Shown here: positions 12,080-24,800 of the stretch, piece by piece
How the letters are laid out: the number at the start of each line of letters is the position of its first letter
Position numbering within the stretch: the stretch's first letter is position 1
NCBI GenBank assembly: GCA_040954595.2
Contig: CM082598.2
Span: 434,001-498,000 of the forward strand
DNA length: 64,000 bases
Origin: Balanoglossus misakiensis
Lineage: Eukaryota > Animalia > Hemichordata
Direction: 5' to 3'
Made by a program: the position numbers and the translations under genes
Notes under the pieces: model-generated
The model's input: the letters and a program-made list of their open reading frames with translations, nothing else
Database searches by the model: none
Told to the model about the DNA's origin: nothing

Positions 12080-12873
12080 AAACTGAAGACTGTATGAGGA
12101 ATAGAAGCCAGAAAGTGACGTCATAATGATGATGAATTACTATGCAACCAGTGGAAGCACTTGGAAACACCAGAAGTATGACCCAACAACTTTAAATAGT
12201 TGAAATTCGGACACGCAGTGAAACTTAAAGCGTTGTAACAGTTATTCAAACAAGAGAAACCCTGGCATATTGTGTCATTTTTTTCCGCGACGTCGTGACA
12301 AAATAAATACTTTCGCTCTTAATACAATAGTATTGTCTATTGATATCTATTATTTCTGTGACCACTATAAGAGGTGGCCACTAACACATGTTTGACTGTA
12401 CATCTGGCCAATAAACACATCATCCATGGCCACAGTATATACGGTCACCTTTGCAAACTTAAAGTTACCATAGACCACTTCGCGGATAGGGTATCTGCAA
12501 TGCATGATGGTATAATTTGCGTTCAACACAGCGTCTAGTACATGGCCAACACACGCGCTCAGAACGCAAACTGCCCCACAACCCCCTGTGTTATGCTATC
12601 CGCGAAGAGGTCCATGGAGATTTGCGGTCTGGCCAATCGCAACTTTTCAGTGGGTGGCCACGTGAAAAAGCTCTCCCATGTATATAGTCATGCAAAGACT
12701 TTGACACGCCCTTTTGACCATATATGGATTCATGTAAATTAGGGGTGAGTGTGACCCTTGCAGGTGTCTTGAATGAACAAATATATTATATCTTAAACAA
12801 TGTTGATAAAGTAGATAAGGAACAGGCACTTGGTCGAAGGTCACATAACTTCAAAAGGGGCTAGTGGACAATA

Positions 12874-15800
12874 ATGGTCAAGACGCTTGGTTCTTCCGCC
12901 AGAATGAATGTCGTTTCCCCTCTCCTGTTTGTCCTTTCCGTGCTTTGTGTTTCTCCGTGTCATTCTGCTTGCCCCACCGCGTGGGAAGGTTACGTCTCCG
13001 CTGCACTTTACGGCGACCCTGTCGAGTTTGAGGCTCACGTCGGTCCGATCGCCGATATGGTGACGGTTGCATACACTGGAGAGTTCCATACAGTCGTAGA
13101 AGGCTGGTCTCTCATCGAGAAAAATGACCCAGATGTCGGTATGCATGCTGTTGTTTATCAGGTTGGTGTCAGTGCTTTGACTGTTTCAGTTTTAAAACCA
13201 AATTTGATGTAAAGCCATTATATCAATCATGGTGAGCTTCACTGACACCAAAATCGATTTTATTTGTGTGTGTGTCATCGGTCAGAACACACACATGAAA
13301 AACATACCAATAAATCAATCGCGAGTTACGCTGAACTCCTTTTTGGATTTTAGAGATGATTTCTCAAGCTCAAATAATACCCCGTTTGTGGACACACTTC
13401 TAGACTAATTTCTGTCATACGCGATTTCATCCAAACGAAGATGTCCTGAGCCAAAGACGACATACACGCCAATAATGGCGAACCACGCGGCATCTAGCCA
13501 GATCTCATTTCAAAGTCGTCCTGAAATGAAAGAACCTTTGTGACTGTTGTTCCATTTAGGTCAGCAAGTCATATTGAAAGGTTTCAAGTGACATGAAAGG
13601 TCGTAGGTATGCACAGAGGGCAAAGGTCCAAGGCAGCACCTCTGGCGTTTGTATAAGGGAGCCTTCAGTAATTACTTGGGGTGGGGGTTTCAGAGCACAC
13701 CTGAACTCTAAAATGTGACCCTGCCCTTTGTCCGACATTCAACATGCACCATTTCTGTCATCTTTTTCAGGAATCGAGCGCCAGTGACGACAGAGTTGTG
13801 ATAGCATTCCGAGGAACGTCTCTTTCTGGAACTGAAGGTGAATGTGATAAGTGTGCTGGCCAATATCTGGATGGCAAACAGCTTGACCAATTTTGTGAAC
13901 AGTTCACACAAGACCAATATGATTATTATACCCAGGCGAAGAACTTTACAGAAATGGTAAGTGGTCATTTTCAGAACATCCAAAAGACTGTTAATTCTGT
14001 GATTGGCTGGATCTTCACTTTCCATGGCAACTTTTATTGGTCAAAGTTGCGAAATACTTTAAAAGAAGACACTAAAGACTAAAGCTCTACTGCGCCCGCT
14101 CACAACTTTACTTCACCTTTGGAACATACAATCTAAGTCTTTTTCTAAAAGAGTATATCCGCTGTTGTCCAGAATCAACGAGTGTTGGACATCATCTTCT
14201 TTAATACCACGCAGTTATTTCTCCTGTGGTCTAATTAGACCTGCGTGATTGAGTAGCCCCTTGTCTGTCTGCCACACCATGTGAATTCTCTGCCAAGCAG
14301 TTTCACTTGCAAGATGCTGTAGCCGGCGATCGAGGCAATAAGAACAAGAATAAGAACAACAAGCTTTCCGTAGACTGGCATCGCGCTGCTGTATGCAAAG
14401 GTGATGGCAAATCCCGATGATTGGCACATTTTGGCCAGAGAAAATATGACTTCAGGTTGTTCAGCAAACAGGTCACCGAGAACAGCTGAAAAGAAAAAAA
14501 AACATTTTGAAACTGACTGGTAATATATGGTACCTTCAAACAGGGTGTATTTCAACAGTTTGCGGCAAAAGACTTGATGGTGTACTTAGAAAAAGACTTC
14601 CACCCCCATTTCCCTGTTTAGAGGTCCAACCATACCATAAGAAACAATGGGTTTGGACTGGACCATTTTCCTGGTGAAAGGGTAAAAACGAAAAACCAAA
14701 TAATCTTACTGGACAGTTGGGTCTGCCATATGCCATCGGCCAATCCCCATCCTCCTGTGATAAGGAAAAACAGGGCGTAGTCTCGTGGTGACGGTTGCCA
14801 TACCAACATCATTATCATCATTATGAAGGTGACGATCCCAGCAACCATCATGAGAGGATTTTGTCCTGTGTATTTTGAGAGTCGACCAGCAGCAAATGCG
14901 AAGATGGCGTCACAAGCACCATAGCAGATCATGACGAGACCCACGAATTCCACGCCTATAGCACAGCTCACATAGGACTACAGAGAGAGGGGGAGAGTGA
15001 GTGAGAGAGAGAGAAAGAGAGAGAGAGAGGAGAGAGTAAGAGAGAGAGAGAGAGAAAAGAGCGAGAGAGAGAGAGAGAGGGAGAGAGAGAGAGAAGGGGG
15101 GGAAGAGAGGGAGAGAGAGAGAGAGGGGAGTGAGAGAGAGAGAGAGAGGGGTGAGAGAGAGAGAGAAGGGGGGAAAGAGAGAGAGAGAGAAGGGGGGAAA
15201 GAGAGGGAGAGAGAGAGAGAGAGAATTGTGTTGTGTTATGTTGTGTTGTGTTGTGTTGTGTTGTGTTGTGTTGTGTTGTGTTGTGTTGTGTTGTGTTGTG
15301 TTGTGTTGTGTTGTGCTTTGTTCTGTTGGATGATCAACTTACCTTGGTGAAATCACCGAACAGAAATGCCTGTTCCATCCCACAATAGACCAAGAACGGA
15401 CACAGCATCAACACCTTGGGGTTTTTCAACATCTGCAGAGTGGTGGCACACATACATGCAATGGAATCCTTGCCATCAGTGATCGGTGTGTTGTCTGCCC
15501 CTTTAATGCGTTCTAACGTGTCGAGTGGTATGATGGCCAAAATTGCCAACAAAGTGATGGAAAGATATAAAGTAAACAGTGTTGTCTGTGAGTTTTTCGT
15601 TGGAAGGTTGCTGGCGTCGATTTCTCCGGAACCGGCATCTTGAGATCCACATGTCCGTTCCAGTGCGTCAGTTTCATTTTCCGCCGATCCAATTTCTCTC
15701 GAGATGTCTTCTAACACAGAGGCTGAGATGAGATTCCCTAAAATTTGAGTGGTGCCAAAACACATGTAGAATATCCCCATAAACTGGGAAATGATGACAT

Positions 15801-18800
15801 TATGTTGCTCGTTGGTCATCTTCGCGTATCTGGCCGCACAGACGATGACGTGTGTGCTTTTGGCCGCCCACATTGGCCCAATGACGGCACCCAGGACGAT
15901 CGATGCGGGGATCAGTGTGTAGTGATGCGAATGAAAATGAACGGCCGTATAGACCACGTTTCCAAGGAGACCAAAGATGATGCTCCATTTTGTGCCAATG
16001 CGATGTATCATCCACGGCGCCAAATTGCAGGAGATAATAAAAATACTGTAGATGCAACTCAACGAAGCGGTTCCTACATGAAGTTCTTGGTTCAAACTGC
16101 TTTCCAGATTTTGAATGGATTGAAAAGCTGTGTAGGAGAGAGTAAACGCGAGACAGATTGATATCAGATTCATCCAGATATCGCGAGTTGTTAAATCATC
16201 TTCAGTGTTCTCGACGGGCACCGTCGGTCCGGGCATCAACTTTTCTACTGTCCCCGAGTCCTTTGCCTCCTCCGCCGGGGCCGAACTGTCCAAACTGACC
16301 ATGGACCATAGTTCAGCATCGGTCAGATCCCGTTCCGGTGGCATGACCGGGGTTTGGGCCAGGGCGGCCGAAGTGGTGGTTAATCAACTCTCTTCAAGAT
16401 TGAAATTTTTGGCAAACGCGAAACTGATGTCAAAAAACGCAGAACATCATGCATGCAGTGTATGTGGGCCGCACCACCTCAGGATTTTTAATCTGACGTC
16501 ACACGAGAAAGGTTCCATTGTAGATTCTTTCTGCGCTGTCATCGTCTGTGACGCAAACGATCGAACATTTTTTATCGAAACTGATTGGTCAAAAGTTCGA
16601 AGAATACTTCATGCGTCAAAAATCGTTTGAAACCGATTCTAACAGGATTTGGGGACCAAGAGAAAGACACGTGATTTGAGAAAAGGAATTCACCGATTAG
16701 TACAAGTCACTGACTGAATCTCGGCTTCGGAATGTTTAGAATAATCGTGTTTTGAAAAAAAAACTCGACGAAAATATGTACTTTCAGATCTGTGGCGTTT
16801 ATAGTGCATTATTTCTGTCAATTATGCCATTAAACAAATAATCGCGTCACTGCTATTGTCCCAAATTATCCATACATTGCTTGGCCAATAGACGTGAAGA
16901 TTTGGTCGACGCAAACCCGGCATCCCACGTACCACACCCCACCCCACCCCACCCCACCAAACAACATAACATAACGCAACACATCTCCATGCAACGAAAT
17001 ACCGACCACAGTATACATATTCACCACCATCAATCTCAATTTTGCAGATCAAATCTACTTTTCCTGATGCGTGTCTCTTATTCACTGGTCACTCTTTGGG
17101 CGCGGCCCTTGGCGAACTCATGAGCAACCATTACTTCGAGTCTGAGCTTCCAGCGATTGTCTTCGGCGGTGACGGAACAAAACACTCCGCTACAGTCGTT
17201 GGTAAGGTTAATCAAGAAATTAATGACTATTTCAATGCGGAGAGTTCCCAGTTTTGTATATCCACCGATTGCATGTTTAGTTTTACGTCATCTTCTTATT
17301 GTAACGAAATTAATAATTCAAATCTCTGTATATTTTTTTTCAAGGGGAAGGTGATAACTTCGAAAATATAATAAATATATATGACCAATACGATCCAATT
17401 CCATACCTACCTGATCCATCGTTGCTGGTAAGTGTAGTTTAAAACTTTACTTTCTTGGTTTATTTATTGAAAAAAATGAGTATTTTCCAATGATTTTACA
17501 TTGCTTGCAATATATGTCAGTCTGCAATTTTGCTGTTATAATATTTTAATCTTTGCATGCTTATTGCGCATGTTCTTTACTTATAAAACCTGGGGATATT
17601 CATCTCTTTTTCGTTCGCGAGAAGTTTTTCCTTAGGATTACAAATTTGTAATTGCCTCTCCAGAGGGCGCCGTGAATGACCTTTGTACTCGGTTACCCAG
17701 ACTGCAATGGGGCGATATGCTGGCGGCCATTTTGTCGTGCAGCCTTACTTGTTGGTACACGCATGGAGGTACTAGTACCTCCATGGTACACGTGATCGAA
17801 GCCCGTCAAAAACAAGCTCGGAGATGCAGAAGGCGAGAAAACTCGAGGATAATGTTGTCAAAGTAAGGTTTTATGTACTTCGGAGAAGACGTTTGTTGAT
17901 CTAAACTGGTATCGCGGCGAAACGTTCGTTTGTTTCAAACCAAAACAAGTTTGCCTTCGTCAGGATGTGATTGGAGACCTTTGACCTCTGAACGGACGTC
18001 CAACGTACAGGCATGGAGTACCCCATGGTTCAGGTAAGGGCAAATCTGTTATTGTTTAATCTCTCCGGTCCATGATCACCTGGGGTAAACTATTTTGGTG
18101 CCAAATTTCAGAATTTCTGTCAACTAATTAGGTAATGAGTAAAAGTGTACCCGTTTGTCACGTTTTAGCTCTTTAAATCGCCCTGTCAGTGGGCGGATAG
18201 TTTTGACAGGACTGTTTTGACATGTGGTACTGTAGTATGTAAGACACAGCAAGACTAACTTTTACCATGATGCTACCATGCATATATTCACAGTGTTGTC
18301 AACACTCCACTGTCCACATGATTGCTTTGTCAACTTTCTCTTGGTGTGTTGTTTACATTGTACAATGGTAAAGTCAAAGGTTAAAACTGTGGATACCAGA
18401 GTTCAATAACGTACCTGAAGCTAGCACCAGAACCATCCCCAACCAAATGATTGGCAAAAAGAACATTTAGAATCAAAATGAGAAATGCAATCAATTATTT
18501 AGACTCATCCCATGAAAATGCTTTATCTATATCGCTTTCGCTTCTTTTAGATTACATCAGATATCAACAATAGTATTTTTTTTTTTTTGACATTTGTAAG
18601 CCAAAGGTCAAATATAATACTAGCCCGAGCCTCATTCAGAAATGTCATGGGGAAAATGATGCTTGAATTATGCCCAAATTACGCGAGATTTCCTGGACGT
18701 AGTTTAATTACCCTGGTGCTACTGGACTGTGCGTTCTCAGGCATAGACTAGTTATTCTGAGACTGAGATTTATTGTCTTAGGGAACTCCATAGGTTTGTA

Positions 18801-21800
18801 GCAGTAGGTTTATAATAATAATTGCTAGTTTATTATAACTTAAATAACACAGCAATTTAATCATACATGTACATGTGTGTATTTACTCGTACAGGTCATT
18901 TAGGATCACAACGTTTTACTCATGAGGTTTTTTGTAGACTAAGTTGCTTGGAAAAGTTCCTTGAAAAATGTTCAGTAAACTTGTGGTAATCTGCCCAATA
19001 ATTGTGCAAAGGTTCACAAAAGTAGGTCTGTCTCTTTGTAGAAAATAGACGTCAGTTTACTGGGTTCTAAAATGGCATCTGTTTACAAAATGCAAAGTGT
19101 AATGGTGAAAAATTGAAGTTCAAATAACCGGAACCAATTTAGCTTTGTAGAGTATAATACAAGAGATCAAAAAGAGTTGTGTGTGCCAATTTGACAAATA
19201 TTTTGCACTGTGAGTTTTTTTTTTTTTAAAGTTGAGTTTCTAACAAAGCCATGGGAGTACCATTTGAAACTATAATAGTTGTGTTTGTGCATTCTGGATC
19301 TTTTACAGTCGTGTAACGGTGTATAACCATGCTGTGTTTAGCTGATCAGCAGGTGCACTGTTACACGCATGTAAATGATCTAATTATCTACAGTCTAAAC
19401 AGATACCTGGCTGACCAATAGAGGTTACTCAAAATTCAACTTGGACCCGTGTGAGATAAACTTCAAAATATGATCAAGTCTAGACTTGCTGGTGAAATAG
19501 GACCGTGTCTGCACCGTCACAAATTTTCAGAAGTTAACGGTTTCTATATACAACTGTCAACATTTATGTTTTGTGCATTTTCCTTGCATGCAGTTTTGTT
19601 TTGTGGTGCAAAAAAGTGTTAAATTATTCTCGATTGTGGTGCCATTTCATTTATATATTTTTAAAGTATTCACACTTTGTCAGCTGTAACCCCACAAATC
19701 GAGAGAAGGGGATTTTATCCATTGTGTTCCAGACTTTCTACACTTAGAGTTACTTGCTTTGCTAGGTTTACAGTGCATCCATGTTGAATGGCACATCCAA
19801 AAATTGCCTCCCCAAATAAGTAATTTGTAGTGTTAAATTTGTATACCTGATTGTACTGTTATTATCCGATACAAGTTCTGAAGGTTACTGAATCTTGTTT
19901 GGTCACAGGTTTCAGTGTTTATAAAGACATCAGTATCACTCAGTTTCATGATTTAGCCCCGTTTTAAATTCTGTGTGTTGCCTGTGTCCCTCACATGGAT
20001 GCATCTTGTAAAGATTGACAGAGCAAGTAAGTGTGGAAAAAGTAGAATAAAAGAAGTTAAAGGGCGACAGAGAGCGCTGTAAGACATGATAAAGTGTGGT
20101 CACCATTATGTAGTGTGTCTTCATCATACAAGTTTTGTAGCGGTGAGTGGTTGGAATATGTGGGGGCAGAAAACAGTTCGTGTGTTACAGCAACCATGGT
20201 GACTATTTTAATGTGTTCACCTAACATAGAAAAAAACATTCTCATCCATTTTTTATTCCAATAACAACATCAAAACAGGAGCTCACAGCAAAATGTGCTC
20301 GTTGGTGTCTGTGATCGGCTACAGCTAATTCTCTGTCTGTCTTTCCATCCTGTAGGCCAAAGACGAAGAACTGAGGAAGCTACGCAGGCAGTTAGATGAA
20401 TATAACAGTCGTCAGTCACCGTTTCCTGCAGACGTTAAAAGAGAAATCATATTGGAAGAAGAGGAAGATGGTACAAGTGGTGAAGTCACCTGACGAGAAT
20501 AAAATAGTCCGTGTGTGTAAATTTAAAAATTGAGGGATGTTCTGGTCGACTATTTGAAGGATTCGTAAATATATATTTTTTTTTGCGTTTGTCAAAATTA
20601 AGTGAAAATAGGGACTTGCACTTGGAATATTGACGCAGGTGTCTGAAAAAATTATGGTTGATTTGTAAAGTGAAGAGTCAAGGGTGATTTTGTTGGTCAG
20701 TTTGAACTTTGAACTCAAAAGAAACTCCATGTGATTGGAAAATTGAAATTGTATGTAATTGTCTAAAAGAGAAAGCCATTTACTTATGAGTAAATGTTCA
20801 TGCATTTACATGTAGAAATATAAAATATTCACCAGTATTTTTTTCAGAAATTTGTGCAGAAATTGAACAATTCTGCCAAGAGCAAACTTATGGTGCAGAT
20901 TCTCGGAATTTAAGAGTTGTATAATTTTCTTCTCGAAAATGAGGAAGTATTTTGTGAGAAATATATTGTACAGAGAAACAAAATAACAATCAGGTGTAAA
21001 AAAATATTTTCTAAAAAAAACATTGAATCATAAATATTTTGTGTAAGTTTTGTATGTTTATAGTTATTTTTTCATCAATGCCTTTGTAACGGTATTTCAA
21101 ATTTCATGGATGTTACTATTGGGAGTGTAGAAGAAATTCTTATTCCAGTAAGCAGTCTATTGCTATTTACTAAAAGGCAATTTTTACTGCGGTCAGTTAA
21201 AGTCCATCAGAATCAAGTCAACAAGGATAGAAGATTGGATCATTGATTCAGAAGTGAGTCTGTATTTGTCTGTTATTTTTGCATTTTGATGCAATTGCTT
21301 CGTTAAGGATGTGACATACAAAACATCAATCATCGAAACCGTCAAAAATATATATTTTCATAAAAGTCCAGATGTAGGCAAGCGACATCTCAATTTACCA
21401 TGGTTAATATGCATAGGCAACCGTAAACCTTTAATAGTGGTTTAAATTCATGCATTGACAAGTATTGCTAACATCCTTCAAAACTGTTTGTGTGACTTTT
21501 TCATGTCATATGCAGGGATTATAGCTCATGCACACTCAAATAATGACCAATTCTTGACTTTGTGAATTTTGGTCACCTTCATCATTTTCATGTCATATGT
21601 AGGGATTATAGCTCATACATGCTCAAATAATGACCAATTCTTGACTTTGTGAATTTTGGTCACCTTCATCATTTTCATGTCATATGTAGGGATTATAGCT
21701 CATACATGCTCAAATAATGACCAATTCTTGACTTTGTGAATTTTGGTCACCTTCATCATTTTCATGTCATATTCACGGATTATAGCTCATACACGCTCAA

Positions 21801-24800
21801 ATAATGACCAATTCTTGACTTTGTGAATTTTGGTCACCTTCATCATTTTCATGTCATATGCAGGGATTATAGCTCATACACGCTCAAATAATGACCAATT
21901 CTTGACTTTGTGAATTTTGGTCACCTTCATCATTTTCATGTCATATTCACGGATTATAGCTCATACATGCTCAAATAATGACCAATTCTTGACTTTGTGA
22001 ATTTTGGTCACCTTCATCATTTTCATGTCATATGCAGGGATTATAGCTCATACACGCTCAAATAATGACCAATTCTTGACTTTGTGAATTTTGGTCACCT
22101 TCATCATTTTCATGTCATATTCACGGATTATAGCTCATACACGCTCAAATAATGACCAATTCTTGACTTTGTGAATTTTGGTCACCTTCATCATTTTCAT
22201 GTCATATGCAGGGATTATAGCTCATGCACGCTCAAATAATGACCAATTCTTGACTTTGTGAATTTTGGTCACCTTCATCATTTTCATGTCATATGCAGGG
22301 ATTATAGCTCATGCACACTCAAATAATGACCAATTCTTGACTTTGTGAATTTTGGTCACCTTCATCATTTTCATGTCATATGCAGGGATTATAGCTCATA
22401 CACACTCAAATAATGACCAATTCTTGACTTTGTGAATTTTGGTCACCTTCATCATTTTCATGTCATATGTAGGGATTATAGCTCATGCACACTCAAATAA
22501 TGACCAATTCTTGACTTTGTGAATTTTGGTCACCTTCATCATTTTCATGTCATATGCAGGGATTATAGCTCATGCACGCTCAAATAATGACCAATTCTTG
22601 ACTTTGTGAATTTTGGTCACCTTCATCATTTTCATGTCATATGCAGGGATTATAGCTCATGCACACTCAAATAATGACCAATTCTTGACTTTGTGAATTT
22701 TGGTCACCTTCATCATTTTCATGTCATATGCAGGGATTATAGCTCATGCACACTCAAATAATGACCAATTCTTGACTTTGTGAATTTTGGTCACCTTCAT
22801 CATTTTCATGTCATATGCAGGGATTATAGCTCATGCACGCTCAAATAATGACCAATTCTTGACTTTGTGAATTTTGGTCACCTTCATCATTTTCATGTCA
22901 TATGCAGGGATTATAGCTCATGCACGCTCAAATAATGACCAATTCTTGACTTTGTGAATTTTGGTCACCTTCATCATTTTCATGTCATATGCAGGGATTA
23001 TAGCTCATGCACGCTCAAATAATGACCAATTCTTGACTTTGTGAATTTTGGTCACCTTCATCATTTTCATGTCATATGCAGGGATTATAGCTCATGCACG
23101 CTCAAATAATGACCAATTCTTGACTTTGTGAATTTTGGTCACCTTCATCATTTTCATGTCATATGCAGGGATTATAGCTCATGCACACTTAAATAATGAC
23201 CAATTCTTGACTTTGTGAATTTTGGTCACCTTCATCATTTTCATGTCATATGCAGGGATTATAGCTCATGCACACTCAAATAATGACCAATTCTTGACTT
23301 TTTGAATTTTGGTCACCTTCATCATTTTCATGTCATATGCAGGGATTATAGCTCATGCACGCTCAAATAATGACCAATTCTTGACTTTGTGAATTTTGGT
23401 CACCTTCATCATTTTCATGTCATATGCAGGGATTATAGCTCATGCACACTCAAATAATGACCAATTCTTGACTTTGTGAATTTTGGTCACCTTCATCATT
23501 TTCATGTCATATGCAGGGATTATAGCTCATACACACTCAAATAATGACCAATTCTTGACTTTGTGAATTTTGGTCACCTTCATCATTTTCATGTCATATG
23601 TAGGGATTATAGCTCATGCACACTCAAATAATGACCAATTCTTGACTTTGTGAATTTTGGTCACCTTCATCATTTTCATGTCATATGCAGGGATTATAGC
23701 TCATGCACGCTCAAATAATGACCAATTCTTGACTTTGTGAATTTTGGTCACCTTCATCATTTTCATGTCATATGCAGGGATTATAGCTCATGCACACTCA
23801 AATAATGACCAATTCTTGACTTTGTGAATTTTGGTCACCTTCATCATTTTCATGTCATATGCAGGGATTATAGCTCATGCACACTCAAATAATGACCAAT
23901 TCTTGACTTTGTGAATTTTGGTCACCTTCATCATTTTCATGTCATATGCAGGGATTATAGCTCATGCACGCTCAAATAATGACCAATTCTTGACTTTGTG
24001 AATTTTGGTCACCTTCATCATTTTCATGTCATATGCAGGGATTATAGCTCATGCACGCTCAAATAATGACCAATTCTTGACTTTGTGAATTTTGGTCACC
24101 TTCATCATTTTCATGTCATATGCAGGGATTATAGCTCATGCACGCTCAAATAATGACCAATTCTTGACTTTGTGAATTTTGGTCACCTTCATCATTTTCA
24201 TGTCATATGCAGGGATTATAGCTCATGCACGCTCAAATAATGACCAATTCTTGACTTTGTGAATTTTGGTCACCTTCATCATTTTCATGTCATATGCAGG
24301 GATTATAGCTCATGCACACTTAAATAATGACCAATTCTTGACTTTGTGAATTTTGGTCACCTTCATCATTTTCATGTCATATGCAGGGATTATAGCTCAT
24401 GCACACTCAAATAATGACCAATTCTTGACTTTGTGAATTTTGGTCACCTTCATCATTTTCATGTCATATGCAGGGATTATAGCTCATGCACGCTCAAATA
24501 ATGACCAATTCTTGACTTTGTGAATTTTGGTCACCTTCATCATTTTCATGTCATATGCAGGGATTATAGCTCATGCACGCTCAAATAATGACCAATTCTT
24601 GACTTTGTGAATTTTGGTCACCTTCATCATTTTCATGTCATATGCAGGGATTATAGCTCATGCACACTCAAATAATGACCAATTCTTGACTTTGTGAATT
24701 TTGGTCACCTTCATCATTTTCATGTCATATTCATGGATTATAGCTCAAACATGCTCAAATAATGACCAATTCTTGACTTTGTGAATTTTGGTCACCTTCA

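Noticed and set aside
123-12307. Selenoprotein / SECIS interpretation of the thioredoxin-like genes and their conserved UTR motifs
   Set aside because: No in-frame TGA in any spliced model, and no SECIS core with an AA loop was recognised.
14997-15350. ER-rich / VLCC-repeat ORFs
   Set aside because: Translation of (GA)n and (TTGTG)n microsatellites.
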